From assembly GCA_963695435.1 (NCBI GenBank), contig OY968788.1, positions 477,456-541,455 on the forward strand: a stretch of 64,000 bases of DNA. Direction: 5' to 3'. Shown piece after piece: positions 20,393 through 27,714 of the stretch; positions within the stretch are counted from its first letter, which is position 1, and the number at the start of each line of letters is the position of its first letter. Under the pieces are notes generated by a model. That model was not told the DNA's origin. It saw nothing but the letters and a program-made list of their open reading frames with translations, and made no database searches. The stretch comes from an uncultured bacterium (GTDB lineage Bacteria; Patescibacteriota; Kazan-3B-28). Made by a program: the position numbers and the translations under genes.

Positions 20393-21013
20393 CTATTCTC
20401 TATTCTCTATTCTCTCGTCTCTGCTCAAGGTATCCTTGAGTTTTTTGAGGGCGCGCGAAGTAAGAGCTCGGATGTTATCCTCCTTCTTCTTCATTGCCTG
20501 CGCGACCTTTGCGATGGACAGCTGTTCCACGAACCGAAGCCGTAATACTTTTTCGTATTCTTCCGGCAAACTCTTTAGTGCGTTTTCAATTTCGCTCGCC
20601 TCGCGGTAGAGCTCTGGTCCTTCAAGGTCCGCCATTTCCGGCAAGTCCTCGAAAGAAAGTTCTGACCGCTGATTCAAGCGATAGTAATCAACGACACCGT
20701 TTCGGGCAATGGCGTAAAGCCAACTGCTGAAACCAATTCCCGTTCGTGGTTTGTATTGATGAAGTTTCTGCCAAGCTTTTAGAAAAATATCAGCGGTGAT
20801 GTCCTCGGCCACCGGAACCGATTTTACTTTGGTGTAAACGAAGCGATAAACCTTGCCAGCCCAAATGTCGTAGAGCTCGCCAAATGCTTGTTCATCGCCA
20901 CCCAAAGCTTTTGAAATCAGTTGTTGGTCGATAGGAGAAACCGACTGTTCGATTGGGGTCGAAAGTTCGTCGGCAGAAAGATCTTGTTGTGAGTCAAATT
21001 GCAGGTCAGGCAT
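20393..21013 (-). CDS. ECF-type sigma-70 family RNA polymerase sigma factor
   Basis: Region 2 (GDEQAFGELYDIWAGKVYRFVYTKV...DIFLKAWQKLHQYKP) and region 4 HTH (SIAKVAQAMKKKEDNIRALTSRALKKLK). Confidence 0.85.
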   Translation of the reverse strand: MPDLQFDSQQDLSADELSTPIEQSVSPIDQQLISKALGGDEQAFGELYDIWAGKVYRFVYTKVKSVPVAEDITADIFLKAWQKLHQYKPRTGIGFSSWLYAIARNGVVDYYRLNQRSELSFEDLPEMADLEGPELYREASEIENALKSLPEEYEKVLRLRFVEQLSIAKVAQAMKKKEDNIRALTSRALKKLKDTLSRDERIENRE

Positions 21014-21180
21014 TTTGCCCTACATAACTTATAACGGATTCGACCTGTTTTTTGTGACACATTGTGCCAAAAACCAGCTCTGGGAGCATATAATCAGTAG
21101 TTGACTTGTGAGTATTATTCACCGTCAGTTTTACCTCAAATTTTACCTATGGATTATACCCTGATTCCCCCGAGAAAAGC

Positions 21181-21217
21181 AATACCCCGCCGAGAGGGGC
21201 GGGGTATTTGATTTTGC
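21181..21217. terminator. Bidirectional terminator hairpin (ataccccgccgagaggggcggggtatttgatttt)
   Basis: GC stem ccccgcc/ggcgggg with a T-run on the plus strand and an A-run on the other. Downstream of the 21377-22846 operon. Confidence 0.55.
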
Positions 21218-21376
21218 TTGTAATTACATCGTATGGATTGGCCAGTTGGGCATAGGGTCATCTTTGTCGGGAATACCGTCGTGGTCAGAATCGGTCAAGC
21301 TAGGATTAGCATCACCATTGGAGTCCCGAGGAATGATGAACTCCAAAGCAAGTTTGATTGGTGCCGAGCTATTTAG

Positions 21377-22225
21377 TCATTCAGTGACGGTGTTGGCCTG
21401 ACCATTGCGATTCTGGGTTTGGGTCTCGGTTTGGGTTTGAACTCCCGTACCTTGACCGGCACCACTTGGGCTAAGCGCACCTTCGCCGAATTCATTTCTG
21501 ATTTCATTGCGAATCTGCTCCATTTCTTGCTGGTTTTCCTGTGTCCACTGTTGAATACGTTGGCGGATTGGATTGCCAGTACCAGAATATGGCTGGGATT
21601 CGACTGTTTCCAGCCGAGCTTGCCGACGTGCTTCCACCGTTTCAAGGTGAGTAATCACTTTTTGATAAGCGGTCTTTTGGGCTTCTTCGGTAGCAGTACC
21701 AAGCTTTTCTTCAAAACGAGCTTGAACCTCGTTTATCTTGGCGATGCTTTCGCTCAACCGAGTGATTGCTTCCTGATGACGCTCTTCCCAACGCTCTTTA
21801 AGTTTGGCTTCGAGCTGGGCGGGGTCGGTTTGGCGAATTTTTGCTAATTCCGCTAACCGCTCTTCGGAAAAACGAGCCATAAGACGGGCTTTTCCTTCGG
21901 TGTTACTGGTCATTCTTTCCTGTACCCGCTCCATCCATTGGTCAACTGCATAAAGCGAGTCGCCGGGAGCAGCGGTGTTGGCCATTGCGGCTGTTCCGCC
22001 ACCAAGGGCAAGAACTGCAGCAATGATGATTGGTATGATTGGCATTGCGAACCTCCTAGGATAAAAAATATGACTGATACGATGATTATTGTTCCGATAT
22101 GCTCTGGATTTTATTACATCTAAAAGTTCAAACCGCAAGGCGGTTTTTTCGCCTGCGGATAGAGTAAAACGCTCCCCCGCTTCGCGGATTAGCTCTTGAA
22201 TCTGTTTATCGGATAATCTGGTCAT
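21377..22225 (-). CDS. Putative anti-sigma factor / membrane protein with coiled-coil, Q/E/R-rich extracytoplasmic domain
   Basis: N-terminal cytoplasmic segment, TM (IIPIIIAAVLALGGGTAAMA), downstream of the second ECF sigma gene. Confidence 0.5.
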   Translation of the reverse strand: MTRLSDKQIQELIREAGERFTLSAGEKTALRFELLDVIKSRAYRNNNHRISHIFYPRRFAMPIIPIIIAAVLALGGGTAAMANTAAPGDSLYAVDQWMERVQERMTSNTEGKARLMARFSEERLAELAKIRQTDPAQLEAKLKERWEERHQEAITRLSESIAKINEVQARFEEKLGTATEEAQKTAYQKVITHLETVEARRQARLETVESQPYSGTGNPIRQRIQQWTQENQQEMEQIRNEIRNEFGEGALSPSGAGQGTGVQTQTETQTQNRNGQANTVTE

Positions 22226-22315
22226 GGAAGTGAATTGTGAATTATGAATAACGAATTATGGAGAGGGATATAAGGGGAACCAGTTGATTGTCGCGCCCTG
22301 TCATACAGCCATGAT

Positions 22316-22846
22316 TCATGATTCTCCATTCATGATTCTCCTCATTTTGTCTAATCCTCTTTTGACGATTACTCGGACGGAATTTTCGGTTTTTCCGGTC
22401 AATTCGGCGATTTCAGAATATTCCAGCTCGTCGAGAAAACGGAATTTGAGAATCGTTTGGTACAGCTCGGGGAGGCGGTTTAGCTCGGCAACAACGATAT
22501 CCATATCTGATTTTGTCTCCGCTTCTGCCTGTATGTCCGTTTTTCCAGCCAAATCTGTTACAGCATCCAAACTGGCGGTAGTTTTGTGAGAGCGGTAAAA
22601 ATCTATGAGGGTGTAGCGGGCAATCGAGAAAATCCAAGTTTTGAAGCTCCTTTTGCCGTCGTATCTCTTAATCCCCTCCCACGCCTCAAGAAAAACTTGG
22701 CTGGTCAAATCTTGGGCGTCTTCTTTACTCTGCAATCTGAAAGCGAGGAATTTGTAGATGGAGTCGGCGAGAATATCAAAAATCTGGGCATACGCCTCCG
22801 CATCTCCGTTTTTCGCCTTGATTGCTAAATTATTTAGAATAATCAT
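22316..22846 (-). CDS. ECF-type sigma-70 family sigma factor (second copy)
   Basis: Region 2 (GDAEAYAQIFDILADSIYKFLAFRL...DLTSQVFLEAWEGIKRYD) and region 4 (SEIAELTGKTENSVRVIVKRGLDKMRR). Confidence 0.85.
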   Translation of the reverse strand: MIILNNLAIKAKNGDAEAYAQIFDILADSIYKFLAFRLQSKEDAQDLTSQVFLEAWEGIKRYDGKRSFKTWIFSIARYTLIDFYRSHKTTASLDAVTDLAGKTDIQAEAETKSDMDIVVAELNRLPELYQTILKFRFLDELEYSEIAELTGKTENSVRVIVKRGLDKMRRIMNGES

Positions 22847-22957
22847 CCCGTTAGAAATAAGAAACCTAGCGTTTCTGTACCGAAATTAGTTGTATAAGTG
22901 TTATTTTCATTGATTATTGTTGATTTACTCTCTGATGGAGATGTCGTTAGGTGATTT

Positions 22958-24163
22958 CTAACGGGATAAATTCTTTATAGCCCCTTTTATGACTCCCCCG
23001 CCCAAACAAGTTTGCTTATCATAAATAACCAAAGATTGGCCCGGAGTCAAGGCGCGTTGAGGTTTGTCGAAGATGAATTGCCAATATTTATTCTTCTGAA
23101 TCAGCTTCCCAGAGTAGATATCAGGACCATAACGGGGCTTGGCACTTAGGGATTTAGCGGGTAAGCGGGTAAGCGGGTTAGCCGAAGGTGTTATTTTTTT
23201 GTTTTTTGTTTTACTGACCTGCTGACCTGCTGACCTGCTGACCTGCTGGATAAGGTGGAGATTTTCTAGAATTACTCCTTTGGCGTAGGTAGCGGAATCA
23301 GGCCCGACAATGACCAGATTTTTCTTTATATCCGTAGCGACAACATAAAGCGGTTCGGGCTGACCCGCTAAACCAGCGATTCGGCGCTGACCGATAGTGT
23401 AAAACCAAGAACCTTCATGTTCGCCCAGTATTTTCCCTTTTTGGTTGACAATTTTACCTTTTTTGGGCTTGATGACGGTTTTCAGAAATTTTTTTACATC
23501 AATTTGACCGATAAAACATATTCCCTGACTGTCTTTTTTGGTAGCAGTTGGGAGTTTAAACTTTTTGGCGAGTGCTCTGACCTTTGATTTTGGATACTGA
23601 CCGACAGGAAAAAGAGTTTTCGAAAGCTGTTCTTGGGTTAGGTTATAGAGAAAATAGGTCTGGTCCTTGATGGGGTCGTTGCCCTTCAGGAGTCGATAAT
23701 TGACTGTACCGCCCTTCGCTAAAGCTACGGAGCGGTCTTCAGGGTTTCGCTTTGATGGAAGCTCAACCCTTCGAGCATAATGGCCGGTAGCGATAAAATC
23801 CGCTCCCAGAGCTAAACATTTTTTCAAAAATAGGTCGAATTTAACTTCTTTGTTGCACATCACATCGGGATTTGGCGTTCGACCTGCTTTGTATTCGGCA
23901 AAAAAGTAATCTAGAACTCGTTTTTTGTATTCTTTTTCAAAATTGAAGGTGTAATAGGGGATGTCTAGGCGTTGGCAGACAGCGCGAACATCCGCAAAAT
24001 CCTCTTCGGAAGTGCAAAATCCGCCCGGAACATCATCTGACCAGTTTTTCATGAAAACACCGACTATGTTGTAGCCTTCTTTCTTCAGTAATGCGGCAGC
24101 AACAGAGGAGTCCACTCCCCCGCTCATCGCCACAAAAACAGTTGGTTTTTCGCTTTTTGTCAT
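22958..24163 (-). CDS. mnmA: tRNA-specific 2-thiouridylase MnmA, with ~40-aa low-complexity insertion encoded by octamer tandem repeats
   Basis: PP-loop SGGVDSSV, catalytic Cys motifs. In-frame tandem (ctgacctg)x4 and (gggtaagc)x3 at 23154-23250 encoding QQVSRSAGQQVSKTKNKKITPSANPLTRLPAKSLSAKP. Confidence 0.9.
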   Translation of the reverse strand: MTKSEKPTVFVAMSGGVDSSVAAALLKKEGYNIVGVFMKNWSDDVPGGFCTSEEDFADVRAVCQRLDIPYYTFNFEKEYKKRVLDYFFAEYKAGRTPNPDVMCNKEVKFDLFLKKCLALGADFIATGHYARRVELPSKRNPEDRSVALAKGGTVNYRLLKGNDPIKDQTYFLYNLTQEQLSKTLFPVGQYPKSKVRALAKKFKLPTATKKDSQGICFIGQIDVKKFLKTVIKPKKGKIVNQKGKILGEHEGSWFYTIGQRRIAGLAGQPEPLYVVATDIKKNLVIVGPDSATYAKGVILENLHLIQQVSRSAGQQVSKTKNKKITPSANPLTRLPAKSLSAKPRYGPDIYSGKLIQKNKYWQFIFDKPQRALTPGQSLVIYDKQTCLGGGVIKGAIKNLSR

Positions 24164-24237
24164 TCTGAACGTAGTGAAGAATCTATGAAGATATTATAGA
24201 TCCTTCGTCCTGCTGTACAGCAGGACTCGAGGATGAC
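24159..24237. repeat. GTCATTCTG-family modular hairpin element (MITE-like); its terminal GTCAT supplies the mnmA ATG on the minus strand
   Basis: Near-identical inverted copy at 27715-27792. Related copies at 595-618, 10407-10472, 33419-33508, 34711-34825, 39701-39758. Confidence 0.7.
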
Positions 24238-24341
24238 CCTCCTTCGCTTCACTACGGACGGGCAGGCAGAAACGAGAAGGCGGTCGTCCGAAAATCGGAC
24301 GACCGCCAAGATGGAATTCTACTTAGAATCTTGAAGGTGGC

Positions 24342-24641
24342 TCAAAGGGGCTGGTGTTTGACACCTCTGCGCAAACAGGCCTTACCGTCCAGAACTGGTA
24401 GACCATCGGTAGAAATTTGCAACCTTTGATGCACGGCTGCTAACTCTCTACAACGCCAGCATAAGGGGATTTCTCGACGAAGACCAGTCTTGCCGTACAG
24501 GTAGCTGTGATTTAGTTCAACCACATCAACCGTCACAAGACTGATTTGATCGGTACTGGGACAGCATGAACAAAGCACTTCTTCAAGACTATGACAAGGT
24601 TCGCGGCCGTCCTCAGTTCGGCCAGTAGTAGAATTACCCAT
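24342..24641 (-). CDS. Cys-rich small protein (99 aa; CxxC-containing, possible Zn-binding)
   Basis: 7 Cys including CSCC and CWRC motifs. Directly downstream of the MerR-like gene. Confidence 0.4.
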   Translation of the reverse strand: MGNSTTGRTEDGREPCHSLEEVLCSCCPSTDQISLVTVDVVELNHSYLYGKTGLRREIPLCWRCRELAAVHQRLQISTDGLPVLDGKACLRRGVKHQPL

Positions 24642-24759
24642 TGGTATCCTCCTTTACAGCAAGGTACTAGCCGGCTTGAGAATTACCGGTATCAAAGCTC
24701 AAATCTGGAACGCAATAATGCAGTCCCCCACTAGATTTTGAGGCCTGACACCGAAAATT

Positions 24760-25314
24760 CTACCACCATTTCCACCAAGAGGATTTCTTGGGTTGTTCGG
24801 GTGGGAAAAGGAGAAGTTTTAAGTGATCTAACTCGGCTTTCAGACTTCCCCGCAGGTCTTCTCTGACCTCGCGGCGAAGTGAATGGAGTTCAGAACCTAG
24901 AGAGTTGAGAGCAAAAATCAGCTTTTGCTTGTATTCTTCGTCTGCTTCCTTCTCCTGTTGAGTCATTATTGCTTTTGTGGCGACACTCTCCCCTGCCATT
25001 CCGCCGATTTCACCTTTGTTGGCAAGCATGTGTTTGACCCCATCCACAGTGAACATTCCCGACTCCAACAGGTATTTGATGCGTTCCAACACGGTAACAT
25101 CCGCCTCGGTAAAGAGACGGTGATTGTACTGATTCCGATAATTGGAGAGGAATTCGCCAAACCGCTTCTCCCAGTTCCGCATCGTGCTCTCGTTCACATT
25201 CAGGAACTTGGCTACTTCGGTCAGAGAATAAGATTGAACCGAAGAAGCGGGTGTGGACAAATCGGCTGGGTTAGCCGAGGTTGTTGGTTCTGCTTGAGCG
25301 GTTTCGATGTCCAT
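24760..25314 (-). CDS. MerR-family HTH transcriptional regulator (MerR/excisionase-like), coiled-coil C-terminus ending KKSSWWKWW
   Basis: MerR-type HTH LTEVAKFLNVNESTMRNWEKRFG...FTEADVTVLERIKYL. No metal-binding Cys. Confidence 0.7.
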   Translation of the reverse strand: MDIETAQAEPTTSANPADLSTPASSVQSYSLTEVAKFLNVNESTMRNWEKRFGEFLSNYRNQYNHRLFTEADVTVLERIKYLLESGMFTVDGVKHMLANKGEIGGMAGESVATKAIMTQQEKEADEEYKQKLIFALNSLGSELHSLRREVREDLRGSLKAELDHLKLLLFPPEQPKKSSWWKWW

Positions 25315-25338
25315 AAATTGATTCTAGTATATTTTTAC

Positions 25339-25895
25339 GACCGCAACAACGTTGAGGCGGAGCGCAACGACGTTGTAGGTCCCCCACTTTTTTTCGCCGT
25401 AGTGGCGAAAAGCTTGGGCGCAACGACATTGCGGTCGGCACTTACGCGGTGGCGTAAAAAAAAATAAAAATTGCGATGATGATTGCTAGTGTAAGCATAT
25501 AACAGTCCCCTACCGCAACGTTGCGGCGGAGCGCAACAACGTTGCAGGTGTGTTATAACAACATTGTACCAGCGACCGCAACGACGTTGCAACCCCCTTC
25601 TTTTTTGGTGTGTCAATTTTGTGCCGTTCGAGACGCCTATATATAAATATATAATATAGTAGCTGGTTTCTTGGAGTGGCTCGACCGCAACAACATTGTT
25701 GCGGTAGGTGGGTACGACCGCAACGGTGTTGCGGTTGACCGCAACCGTCATGTTGCGGCGGAGTGTTTTGACATGGCGGTGATAAAAATGTTGTAATAGC
25801 GGTTTTTTAATGTGGATAAAAATAAAGTTGGCTCTGCTACTATATTATTAACCTACCGCAACGTTGCGGTAGGTGACCGCAACAACGTTGTAACA
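25339..25895. repeat. Array of at least 11 degenerate palindromes of consensus (A/G)CCGCAAC-N0-4-GTTGCGG(T/C), often as pairs ccgcaacNNgttgNggcggagcgcaacNNcgttgNagg
   Basis: Read directly at 25339-25378, 25417-25436, 25511-25548, 25572-25590, 25682-25760, 25852-25895. Three more copies at 27611-27705. Confidence 0.75.
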
Positions 25896-25976
25896 TCTTG
25901 AAGGATGGTATTTTTTATGGTGTAGTGGAATTTGTGCTAATTTTTTGTTATTTTGTTTAGTTTTTTATTCTTTTTT

Positions 25977-26290
25977 GTCATGCTCGAGCCTGTCTGCCGG
26001 TAGGCGGGCAGAGCGAAGCATCTATAACGATGTTTCTTTTTATGTTTCCGAGCGCCGAATCACGCTCGACCGATTGTTACTTTGTCTTGCCAAAGTAACC
26101 AAAGCGTCCCGCCAGTCGTCCTCGCTACTCATCTGATAAAATTGGCTTTCTGCCTATCGCTGAATTCGCTTCGCTCAAACAGCAGCTTCGGCAGCGCCAA
26201 TTTTATTGATTCGGAACACTCGGACTCCAATGGCGGAGAGAAGAAAGGACGCAATTTGCTCGATGGGTGTTGAAGATAGGGGAAGAGGGA
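25977..26290. repeat. Second copy of ~280-300 bp conserved noncoding element (first copy 318-618)
   Basis: Shared blocks gtcatgctcgagc...gaagcatctata..gatgtttcttttt...ttactttgtcttgccaaagtaaccaaagcgtcccgccagtcgtc (40-nt identical core)...cgctcaaacag...cagcgccaatt...ctccaatggcggag. Confidence 0.7.
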
Positions 26291-26294
26291 GTTC

Positions 26295-26323
26295 CTTGAC
26301 AGCAAGTAGTTTTCAGCTTAAAT
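26295..26323 (+). promoter_or_regulatory. Sigma70-type promoter TTGACA-17-TAAATA for the Cys-rich small protein gene
   Basis: Exact -35, 17-nt spacer. GGGGG RBS at 26358-26365 precedes ATG 26371. Confidence 0.55.
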
Positions 26324-26370
26324 AGGAGATGTCCGTGATAGGTAAGTATCTTAATTTTAGGGGGTGCAAG

Positions 26371-26694
26371 ATGCCCGAAGAACCCGAGCATCCTAAGTGT
26401 CCTTTTTACGGCTTCGGTCTATTCAGCTCACCGAGTGGTACCGACGGGATACTGATGAACACTCAGGGAAATCAGTGCGCTGTCGTCGTCTCTTCGCTTC
26501 ACCCTTGCGACATGGAGATGTCTGGATTAAAACCAGATTGGCATAGCTGTCCTGTCAATGCCAAATGTGGGGAGTCTATACTCGAGAGAATGAAGAGCTT
26601 CCGCGTTATCCCGCCAGATTATGGCAGTCCTCAAGGACTCTACGTCGGCATTTCATTCGAGAGCTGGAAGCAGATAGTGCTCGATCTCGACTAA
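26371..26694 (+). CDS. Cys-rich small cytoplasmic protein (107 aa), function unknown
   Basis: Own promoter, strong RBS (agggggtgcaagATG) and tandem-hairpin terminator. 5 Cys (CPFYGFG, QC, HPC, HSC, KC). Confidence 0.55.
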   Translation: MPEEPEHPKCPFYGFGLFSSPSGTDGILMNTQGNQCAVVVSSLHPCDMEMSGLKPDWHSCPVNAKCGESILERMKSFRVIPPDYGSPQGLYVGISFESWKQIVLDLD

Positions 26695-26727
26695 ATTCTA
26701 TCCTCATGTCGGTTGGATGCCGACCGT

Positions 26728-26758
26728 CAGACCCACGATACGGGTCGTTTTTTATTTT
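26728..26758 (+). terminator. Rho-independent terminator (gacccacgatacgggtc + gttttttattttt)
   Basis: Perfect 5-bp GC stem with 7-nt loop followed by a T-run, 34 nt after the stop of the 26371 gene. Confidence 0.65.
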
Positions 26759-26985
26759 TCAATGCTCCAATGGCGGACAGGGGAGACCGAGATTTTACTC
26801 CCTGGCCGGGCAGGCAATTGATTGCATTCCTCCTCCTATGGCAGGAAGAAGAGACAACGCTATCCATACCGGTCAATTTTGCGACCAACAATCCCTATTT
26901 GCTCAATGGGTGCAGAAAACAGGGTAAAGAGGGGATTTTTAGATGCTAGTCGCTGGGTACTAGATGCTAAATCGTGGGGGATTTG

Positions 26986-27021
26986 GGTATAAAAAGAGCG
27001 CTCACCCCGAAGGATGAGCGC
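26986..27021 (-). terminator. Strong rho-independent terminator on minus strand (gcgcucaucc-UUCG-gggugagcgc + UCUUUUUAUAC)
   Basis: 10-bp stem with UUCG tetraloop followed by a U-run when read on the minus strand. Confidence 0.6.
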
Positions 27022-27400
27022 AACGAACCGGTCACGAATGCGTGTGAGCTTATTGTGAGGAAGGCCACACGCCGACTGAAAAGAAGCAAGACGGGTCGGA
27101 ATGAAGCTTCAGGGATGGGCACAAGACCGATAGAAGGTATCGGCTGAAGCTGTTTCCGGAAGCCCGTATAGGTACAACACCCAGACAGACAATGCTCTGG
27201 CGAATGGATGGGTGTTGTGGCGGTAAAGTAAGAGCTCCACAGCGAACGAGGCGAGTGTAGCTGGGACGAAAGGGTAGCTTACTAAGGCCTACATCGCCTC
27301 GTTCGCTGCTGCTCCGGGGGAAACATCCACCGAAGCCTAAACGAAACATAGCGACAACCCACGTAACGTAACCTTCTGTATCCCTGGCGGCTGGTCAGAC
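27022..27400 (-). ncRNA. Candidate structured RNA (~380-420 nt, class unassigned) ending at the 26986-27021 terminator
   Basis: No credible ORF. Multiple long perfect or near-perfect stems visible (27237-27308 cagcgaacgaggcg-gtgtag...ctacatcgcctcgttcgctg; acaacaccc/gggtgttgt; gcttcag/ctgaagc; ccgatagaaggtatcgg). 5' end not determined. Confidence 0.35.
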
Positions 27401-27610
27401 CAGCCTGCATATATTGAAAACTGTCTCGTCCTCTTCTGGAAGCTGGGAGAGAAACTCGATCCCGTAAATCGAACTCTCCCTCCTTTGTTAAAGGAACAAA
27501 AAAGGGATTATCAAAGTTCTCGGGAACGCTGGCTGCTCGTAGATTTATTACAACACAGAAAAGATGAATTATGAATAATGAATTATGAATTACGGGCGAA
27601 ATAGGGGATA

Positions 27611-27705
27611 CCGTAATGTTGCGGTGGAGCGCAACACCGTTGCGGTACTCGATTGTTTTTCTGCTTCCAGAGCCAAAAGTACGACCGCAACATCGTTGCG
27701 GTCGG
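27611..27705. repeat. Three further CGCAAC..GTTGCG palindromes (second arm of the array)
   Basis: ccgtaatgttgcggtggagcgcaacaccgttgcggtac and acgaccgcaacatcgttgcggtcgg. Confidence 0.7.
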
Positions 27706-27714
27706 GTTTTTGAT

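Noticed and set aside
25335-25751. ORF 25335-25751(-) (138 aa) and the idea of a CRISPR array over the palindromes
   Set aside because: The ORF is produced by the repetitive CGCAAC/GTTGCG units (peptide repeats RNNVVA/RNTVAV). The repeats are palindromic, degenerate and irregularly spaced, with no constant-length spacers, so this is not CRISPR.
25822-25830. Replication origin (oriC) based on perfect DnaA-box 9-mers (tgtggataa at 10482 and 25822; ttatccaca at 59385)
   Set aside because: There are only three dispersed boxes, no cluster of 3 or more boxes with an adjacent DUE, and no dnaA/dnaN nearby. They are probably chance or isolated regulatory sites.
26986-27400. RNase P RNA or SRP RNA identity for the structured RNA (also considered for 34860-35170)
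   Set aside because: Neither strand contains the universally conserved P4 GGAAAGUCC/ACAGNRA elements or the SRP GGAA-tetraloop AGCAGC motif; left as unclassified.
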